NCBI GenBank assembly: GCA_045837725.1
Contig: JBEWZL010000103.1
Coordinates: 49,265-69,264, forward strand
Source: Vermamoeba vermiformis
Lineage: Eukaryota
Length of the DNA stretch: 20,000 nucleotides
Direction of reading: 5' to 3'
A program made the position numbers and the translations under genes. Under the pieces are notes generated by a model. That model made no database searches. It worked only from the letters and a program-made list of their open reading frames with translations, and was not told where the DNA came from. Below, piece by piece: positions 1-8,321 of this stretch; the first letter of the stretch is position 1; each line of letters opens with the position of its first letter.

Positions 1-773
1 AACAAGGAACGAATATGTGGCTACTTGAATGATAACAGCCAATCTAATAGCATAATCATGTTAATAAAGTATAATTATAACGAGAAAATTAATTAAAGTT
101 AAATTTGAAAGTAATTTTATCGAGTTTAATTCTTTGTTGTTAAATCCGGACTTAAAATTGTGATCCACGCCGAAAATAATCGAAAAAATTATCAATTAAG
201 GTTTAATTAATCATATTAAACTCAATTTTCGCAATTTGCACGTGGAATTCGTTATTTGCGATAAAATGAAATCAATGGTCTTAATTAGCCGTTACATACC
301 CTTGCAATAATATTTCTGCCAGTGGAGACCATGGCAAAAATAGCCAGAAAATACTGCGCATAATGCCCCATACGAAATTGTAGGCTAGAAATCCGAATTG
401 ATAGTGAAATCTGTTGTGTCTGTAGATTTGAAAAAATTAATAAACCGAATTAAAACAATATATGGCATCATATTGTTAATTAAGTAATCTTTATGTATAA
501 GAATTAACGTAAGGAATAATTATTAAGTCTTTTTGCGTGAAATTTACTCGATAGATGAATCCGAAGAATAATTAAACAGCGTTCTTTCGTGAAAATTGCA
601 ATTTGAATATTATGTAAATATTGAATATACACGATAAATAATTCAATTTCGCGTCCAGAAATGATTTCTTACCTATTAATGAAAATACGCGTGATTTGAA
701 ATCCGGAGACCAAGGTCAGCAGAACATAAAGGAGAGCCAAATAGAACGAATATGAATCATAATAAAACTGCAT
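1..773 (-). CDS. GPR137/TM7SF1 (THH1/TOM1-like) multi-pass membrane protein, 5' part; continues off the left edge
   Basis: Exons 773-673, 419-300 and 43-<1 have canonical GT..AG introns and splice to MQFYYDSYSFYLALLYVLLTLVSGFQITRIFINRHNRFHYQFGFLAYNFVWGIMRSIFWLFLPWSPLAEILLQGLAVIIQVATYSFLV. This resembles GPR137 (Q-L-W-L..Y-R-H-K-R-L-S-Y-Q..FL....W..LR) and the TOM1-type 'STY.LLV' segment. Not present in the ORF track. Confidence 0.75.
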
Positions 774-1474
774 GATGGAGTCTGAATCGAACTAATACCA
801 GTTGAGCAAAGGTTTTTTTGGGTCAGATCGGCGTCGTGTCGTTTTGGTAATTAAAACTCCATTTAATCGCACGACGAATAGGTTCAATATGCGTAGTTGT
901 CCTCTAGTGTGTTTGTTAATATATACAAAATAATAATAAAGCGTGGTGCCTCCTTTTCGGCTCAAATTTTAATTGAATTTCCCTCGTTGAAAATAAAATT
1001 TATTCTTAGCCTCGCGCAAACGAACTAACACAATTAGAAAGTACTATTTCCTTATTGTTAGACTATAATTATTGCAGGTAGAGAAGATGAAAGCTCCATC
1101 TGAAAACGGTCCATTAGAGATAAGTCATCGATTGCGACTAAAGCGATATCCAACATTTGGATCTTACAGTATACAAAAACTTCCTATCATTAATATTTAG
1201 ATTAAGGTAAGCTAAATTTTTCAATTAATTAATAAATCTAAAAAACAACGGCTATTTATTTAAATTTTAACGACGTAAATTAAGCTGGGATACATAGCTT
1301 TAATTAGTTCTCTTTTGATAATAATCTACTTTGTCGCAGGGGTTGCAATGAAATGACTAGATCTGGTTTAAATCCGTTGAAATTATGTCTCCATCGTTAG
1401 AACTTTCGAGGACGTTCTCCATTACTCAAAAATTCAGGATAATCGCAGGAGAAAGAACGAATTGAATCGAGTAT

Positions 1475-2989
1475 CTATTTATTTACGGTGACTACAACCG
1501 CTTTAGACCCGTTTTCTTCAAATTGCCTTACTGCCTCGCCGATCCGATCCAAATTAAACGATGTGAAAACAGGTCCTTGGATCGATTGATGCGCTGCCAT
1601 ATTGAGTACCTCGTTGAGTATATGAAGCACTCGGCCTTGTTGACTGCCGCTCATTACTAACGAGTGCGCATTTAAGAATGATACGGAGTTATTCTTCAGC
1701 AACAATTTTTCAGTCTCTGGAGGGTCCAACTAGCAAAAAAATATTAAAATAAGCATAATAACATACTCTTACTTATTTAGAACATTTAGAGATGAAAAGT
1801 AGGAAATGTATGGATGCGATCCCAAAATTTGACTTACTTGTAAGGCTGTCGAAGTAATATAATGACCATTAATAGCCAAGCACTTGATTAAATCCGATTT
1901 TAGGCTGCTAGAATCGCCATATCGTCCATTTTCAATAATTCCGTCGACCCCTAAATTGGCCGTTTCTTCCATCACCTTCGGCACCAAATGTTCAACACTA
2001 AGATCGATTAATCTTGCAATTTTGCAAGGAGTAGATCTTAAGAATGCTGCTTCTTGACTGTCTTTCACTACTGCTATAACTTTTGCTCCAAAAACATGTG
2101 CGATCTGGATCGCGGTTACCCCGTTCGGCTTGATCGCGAAATTTCGATTAGTAATTGTCAAAATGAACCTGCAAATAGTGTTTACGTACTGAGGCGGCAT
2201 TGACTACTAGAATAGTGTCACCTTGGGTTATTTTAAGTTTGTAATGTAGTGCCGTCAAGGCGTGAAGTCCCGAGGACAAAAGTGCTACTGATTGTTCGTG
2301 ACTGAGCACCGGTGGCTTTTTAACTGGCCAAATATATCATATATTAATACGCTATAATGATTTATAAATAAAATAATAATAAAAATAGCAGCTCAAGTTC
2401 GAAATTATTAAGATTAAGTACTTGAAAATCGATCTCGATCCGCATTGAACAACACGTACCAAAGTAATAAGGCTCGATGGAAATATACTCTGACAATCCT
2501 CCGCCAATATCGGCCGGAATAATTCCTGCGAAGCAAGGTCAGTCACAAGATTAATTCAGGGTGTAGTATTGTTCTTACCCGAAACTTCTTCGCCGACTTT
2601 AAATTCCTCTGAAACTTGGCTGCCTATTTGTTCAATAACTCCGCTAATATCTGTTCCTGCTGCGATTGGTAAAGGCACTGAAAAAAAACAAAAAAGAATG
2701 AGATCGCTATACGTGAGGATAGATTTGATAATTTACCTTTGTAAAATCCATTTTTAATTTTTATTTCGTTATTGGTGATTGCTGATGCATAAATTTTGAT
2801 TCGTATTTGATTTGGCAGCAGATTAGGTATAGGAACCTGTCAAAAATTACAATTAATTCCATAGGCATAGGGTATATTATAATCCGTAATATAATACGTA
2901 TTCGTGGCATTCCAAATTTTACAGCGCATTCAGAATCTTACCGAGATAATTTCGAAATTTTTTTCTTGTGTTACTTGCACTGACTTCAT
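1475..2989 (-). CDS. CRYZL1: Quinone oxidoreductase-like protein 1 (zeta-crystallin-like, MDR superfamily), about 330 aa
   Basis: Exons 2989-2942, 2836-2737, 2677-2579, 2525-2460, 2323-2190, 2128-1838 and 1729-1475 keep frame (993 nt). Motifs ALTALHY, AIQIAH..GAKVI, EETANLGVD, LQLDPP and SQQGRVLHIL match human CRYZL1 (AYTALHY, AIQLAH..GAKVI, EETGGLGVD, LQLDPPD, VQQGKYLCIL). Confidence 0.85.
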
Positions 2990-3188
2990 TATACTCGTAA
3001 GAATAGCAGATATTATAACGTTACAATGTAGTATTGCACAAATGAACTTTTTTTTGTGGTTGTCAGCGACAATAGTGTAAAAAATTGCTTTTCGTTTGTA
3101 CAACCTTCTAGAAACCACAATAGCATGTTAATATAGTTACAATAGTGTATATATTTTATCTATTCCTTGTATAATCACAAAGCAAATC
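2990..3188. promoter_or_regulatory. Short bidirectional promoter between CRYZL1 and the WD40 gene
   Basis: 199 bp separate the divergent ATGs at 2989 (-) and 3189 (+). ACAATAG occurs three times (3069, 3117, 3139), twice as ACAATAGTGTA. Confidence 0.55.
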
Positions 3189-5791
3189 ATGCAACGAGAT
3201 TCGAGGCAATCTGACCCGAATTACTTGCAACTGCTTGGTAGTCGAGAAATTCAGCCAAAGAGCGACAATTCATTCAAGAAGCAATTAAATAACGAACATA
3301 TTAAGCACCTTGCAATCGAAAAAGTATTTCAAACGGATACGCATCGAGGGTGCATTTTTGGAATAAAATTTTCTCCCGACGGAAAGTATTTAGCCGCTGC
3401 TACTAGTAAGTATTAACTAAAATATATTTCATATTTTTGTATTTTCATATTTAAAGAATTATTCTCTAATTGTCTATTTCGAAATAAAGCGGATTCGGTC
3501 GAGATTTGGGATCACGCCATAGGCAAAAAGACATTGGTATTGCTAGATCATAAAGAGATCGTGACGTCAATAGTATGGATGAAGCACGATCCTCAGTGCT
3601 TTTACACCGCATCTCTTGACAAAACCATAAAATTCTACCGGGACTTTACACCAGTTGCCACATTGACCGATCATGCAGGTATGATAGCCCATATAAATAA
3701 TATACATATTATCATGTACACATATACTTTTAATCGGAATTCTGAATTAGTAAAGCGAGATCTAAATCTTTACTAATTTACATCCGCTTACCTTTAACGT
3801 AAAATTATAAAAATTATAATATTTCTCGTGCCAAACACGTGCTTATATTTGTATAGATTGGATTCGATGTCTTGCAGCAAATCCGTCAGACTCAACAGTC
3901 ATTTCTGGATGTGTTTCATCGCGCATTTATGGATGGGACACGGAGACTAACAAATCGAAATTCAAGATTATGAATGCACATTTTTCGGCAGTAAGTATCA
4001 AAATATATAGTTGTGGTAGCAAATAGAGAGCCCTTGAATACCTCAAAGCGGATACGATCTTTATTTTGACTAGAATTCTTTCGACAGGCACCCTAATCCT
4101 ATAACTAATCGTATTCTTGCTAATTTTTGATATTCTAGAAATACACAGACCTCAATACAATCAATAGTTTAAATTACTCAACGAATAACGATGCCATTTT
4201 TATCTCGGGTGCTCGCGATGGATCCGTTCGCTTCTGGGACAGGTACGCAACGTCTTATATTTATCTATCGTATGATTTTACATATTTACTGCGTTTGTTG
4301 ATCCTACACGAGATATTCATAGTTCGTGTACTGGCAATTATTTTGCGAAGAAATTCTTCGGAGAATAATTTGTGGAACGAATTTACGTGCTGGTAGTCTA
4401 ATTTTGAGTCTTTATATAGTCGAGCGTTATATGGCGATCAGCCAGTATTCGAATTAGCTGCTCATGAAGCCAAACTCAACAACTGCATGTTTTCTCAAAA
4501 TGATTTATACGTAAGCTTTACTCAATTTAATCGATAATTAATTCCGAGAAATAGCTAATTAATATATTATTAGTTGCTTACCGCAGGAAGGGATAGTAAA
4601 TGTCGATTATGGGACCTGAGGATGTTTACTTCAAATACCTCGCTAAATTCAGTCAGGTACGTTTTAGTTAATAACAACATCCGGCTTACATTAATTAAAT
4701 TCATATAATTAGTGCTAAGGCTGCGATGGAATATACTGGACATAGCTGCGCTGGATACAATGTTGGCGGAGCATTTTTTAATTTTGATAAGAATATTGTT
4801 AGTGGTACGTACAGGCATTTGTTCGAAAAAATACAAATATTAAATATAAATTCGTTGTTAGGATCGGAAGATAAGAAGATTTATATTTACGATACTCAGA
4901 GCGGAGAATTAGTTAAAGAATTGGAGAACCCGCATTTTACTCAAACAGTTATACATTGCGTGCAACCTGTAAATAGCACCGAATTATCATTAGTTAGTGC
5001 CTCGATAGACAACGTAAGTTCTAGTCTCTTCTATAATTTCTCTCGAATTTTTTTGGATCCGAATCCGTTTGTAACGAGTTCTATTTTTAGAACAGGATCT
5101 CGTTTTGGAGTCCCGTAAAAGACAAAGAAAAGAGCATTCCGCTGTATTATTCAAAAGAAAACAAGAAACCAGGAGTCCTCAACGGTCCTAATAATAACAA
5201 CAATAATAACAACAGCGGAGGTGGATCTGCCAACGGCCAAGCTGATTCTGATGAGGAAGATGAAGCTGTGTTCCAAGAATATGCACGAAATGAACGACCG
5301 TTATTAGAGGGATTTATGCGAATCAACGGCGATCAAATATTGCGCGTGTTTCATCGGTACAATTTTACGCTGTCGAGTAACTTGGACTGGGCCAGATTAT
5401 TCGAGGCTGTGCGAAGAGATCCTTACCCTGAAGCCGTGGATTTAGTACGTTGATATCCTATATTAATACGATATGCATAGTACTTTACTGGATGCGATAC
5501 TGAAGCACATCCAAAAAATCAAATCAATTTTTGAATGTGAAGCACCTAATAATACGTTATGCTTACTAGTATTAATGAAATTTCCTTATTTAGATAACGA
5601 AATTAGCCCACGAGTTTGCGCAATCTTTCACCCGCATAAATGAAAACGCCGGAACAAATACAAACGCCATGGATGGTGAATTCAGTGGCGAAGAATATGT
5701 TGAAGACGGTGATTATGAGGGTGAAGAGGACGAAGATAGTGATGACGAAGAGGTCGATCTGGAACAACAACCTGGATGCCGGCAGAGTTGA
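3189..5791 (+). CDS. WD40-repeat protein, DCAF/DWD-like (DCAF8/WDTC1-like architecture), with acidic tail and C-terminal CaaX (CRQS)
   Basis: Multi-exon gene. WD repeats include HRGCIFGIKFSPDG, HKEIVTSIVW..TASLDKTIKFY, SGARDGSVRFWDSR, TAGRDSKCRLWDLR and YTGH..IVSGSEDKKIYIYD, with two WDxR motifs. The last exon (5594-5791) encodes ...EEDEDSDDEEVDLEQQPGCRQS*. Confidence 0.85.
5190..5213 (+). repeat. (AAT/AAC)8 poly-Asn coding microsatellite in the WD40 gene
   Basis: aat aat aac aac aat aat aac aac is in frame. A shorter poly-Asn run lies in the TLP gene near 10200-10214. Confidence 0.8.
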
Positions 5792-6177
5792 TGTATCTGC
5801 AACGAACAAAACAACATGTAAAATAGCAAGTAAGTAAATACTCAATTTTGCGGGCCGAAAGGTAATTAATTAATTTAAGGTATCGAATATTGATAAATTT
5901 TGCGGTCACAAAAACGTGACCCGCTCAGAAAAAACTCGTTTTTAATAATTTTAGCGCCCAAATTAATGAAGCAAGCATAATTATAATATTATAAATATAT
6001 TATGCATAAAATATGTATACGCTGCATTCGGAAACAACTTCGGATTTACAAATCCAGCAGGTTGGATCTAAATGTGAACCGAGATATTTTAACTACGGGA
6101 CCCAGTCCCAAAATTTGTTTAAATTCACGTAGCGATCCTTTGAAGAATGTCTTTTATTTAGCTTTGTTTATCGCAAG

Positions 6178-8012
6178 ATGCAACAACTCGTAACATTGGT
6201 TCTTTGCTTCTTTGTGGCTTTTTCAACAGCCGCGCCAAAGGAGATCCGTCCAACGGATGCAGACTGGAGATCAGTACTCTTAAACCTTCAAGCAGGCGAT
6301 GTCGTAACTGTTCATGAAGGCACGTACACGCTTGAAGGAAAGTTCGCGGCTACTTGGACTGGAACTGAAACGAATCCGATCGTCGTTCAAGCAGCTTCAG
6401 GTGAAGGACGTCCAGTGTTCAAACAAACAACTCAAGAAAATATTTGGAACCTCAACGGTGCTTATTTTGCGGTGAAGGGCATTGAATTTACAGGCGGAGG
6501 TCGTGGAGTCCGTTTGGGCGAAACTTCAGGTAAGTTTTGAATCAGAATCAAAAATAATCTGTATTATTAGGAAAATAATTTTATTAATTATCTAATGAAT
6601 TATGGCAGATACTTCGCACGTTGTGTTCGACAGCATTTACATCCACGATATTGGTGCCAACGCTTTCAGCGCCAACGACGGCGGTAGAACCTACGAGAAC
6701 ATTACTTTGAGATACAGCGAGTTCAGTGGCACAAGTACGTAAAAAGCAACAAGAATTAATCGTGATTCGCCCTCGAGCGGAGTTTGGATGGAGAACTTTG
6801 ACTGACTAATGAAATTTCAGAGCTTAGCGGTGAATGCGTCTATATGGGCTGTTCAGCCGATGGTTGCAGAACGTTCAATTCTATTGTTGAGTTCAACTAC
6901 TGCCACGATACAACGACTGATGGCTCAGGCTCAGGCGCATCCGGCTTCCAAATCAAGACCGGATCTCACAACAACATCGTCCGCCATAACGTCTGCAAGA
7001 ATATTCCTGGTGTTTGTGTGCTTCTCTACGACGACTATGATCGCGGAGTCAATCTCATTGAAGGCAACGTTGCTTTGGGAACTCAAAGCGACAACGGCAT
7101 TCAAGTGACTGCTGGTGCTATTGTTAGAAATAATCTTGTTATTGGTTGGGGCCCTAGTAAGCATAATTCAATTCTTTTTTCTTGATCAGTTTTCTTGGAT
7201 GCACATCCAAGTTTCTGATTTTGTTTTTGATCGTTTCTAATCCCCTTAAATAGAGGCCGCTGGAATTTACATCTCTGTCAACTCAGTTACGACTAATCCT
7301 CGTAACATCGTTATGATCCATAACACGGTCTATAGCACCAACAGCGCGGCCAGATGCTTGAATGTTGAAAGCAGTACGACCAACTCCGTGATCTCAAACA
7401 ACGTTTTCTATTGCCCTGGTACCGCTGCGATTAACGGAGGCCCATTCAACAGTAAGTTGTAGTACTCACATCTTTCCGATGAAATTTCGAAGAACTGATC
7501 CAATTTCGAAGGTGTTACCGTTACAAATAACGGTTACTTGGGATCTGTGCCTACCATCCCCAGCTCAAACTTCTTATTATCCTCAACTGTTGCTCAAGTC
7601 TTTGCTAATGCAGCCAACAACAACCTTTATCCTGCTGTCGCATCCGCACTTATTAAAGCTGGTGACGCATCTCACTCGACTGAAACAGATTTCAACGGCT
7701 TGCCTCGTAACAACCCTCCCACTGTCGGTGCATACGTAAGTATATCACTCTTATCTGAAGAATACTAAGACTAACTCAATGTAGGAATTCACGATGGATA
7801 CCAACCCTGGCTGGCAAGTCCAAGGAGGCTTCAAACAACTCGCCAATGGTGCTGCGCCACTCTCCGATACTATTACTCCTTCTGCTACGCCATCAGGCTC
7901 ATCTAACGGTCCTTCAGCTTCTAACAGCCCTAGCGCGCGCACTTCTGGCGCTACAACTTTCGGTTCGTTATTGTTATCCTATCTTATTGTTATTTTGGTA
8001 ATCTCATGCTAA
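6178..8012 (+). CDS. Secreted right-handed parallel beta-helix (pectin-lyase-like) protein, probably GPI-anchored
   Basis: Signal peptide MQQLVTLVLCFFVAFSTA, then LQAGDVVTVHEGTY and GTETNPIVVQAASGE.RP. Asn-ladder repeats (FNYCHDT, NNIVRHNV, NLIEGNV, IVRNNLV, IHNTV, ISNNVF) follow, then DFNGLPR..PTVGAYEF, a Ser/Pro/Thr linker and a hydrophobic tail SGATTFGSLLLSYLIVILVISC*. Six exons with canonical donors. Confidence 0.85.
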
Positions 8013-8321
8013 TGCCAATATATTAGGTCTTGGTTCATTGGCTGTAGTTGCCCTCCTGGCATTCTGCTAATTCGATCAAATAAACCTTGTCACGTGTTAC
8101 TCTTTTGTTGACCGGTGGTTGCTTTGTTGTTATTTTAATAGTAGTTATTAATAAACTGGAATTGTACGCTACCTTAACAAAGAGAGACTTGAATATCAAA
8201 AGCCCTTGTTGCGCCAAACCTTAGTACCAAAAAAGGATCGCTAAATTTATTTCATTTATTTTTTCTCGCCAACCAAAAGCAACTAATGTTAATACGTTTC
8301 TATATTAGTAACGCATAGGCC

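Noticed and set aside
5603-5909. Overlapping ORFs 5603-5845 (-), 5640-5837 (+) and 5682-5909 (-)
   Set aside because: These are shadow frames of the acidic last exon of the WD40 gene, whose true frame ends in CRQS* at 5791.
2129-7511. AAG 3' splice sites (2131-2129 on -, 3487-3489 and 7509-7511 on +)
   Set aside because: AAG acceptors are a known minor class of canonical AG sites and do not indicate unusual splicing.
6809-7942. Alternative-frame and antisense ORFs within the beta-helix gene (6809-7108, 6931-7164, 7479-7739, 7751-7942)
   Set aside because: They are by-products of biased codon usage in real exons and carry no recognisable motifs.
8035-8217. 60-aa minus-strand ORF between the beta-helix and TLP genes
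   Set aside because: It has a non-ATG start, no motif, and overlaps the probable 3' UTR/poly(A) signal region.
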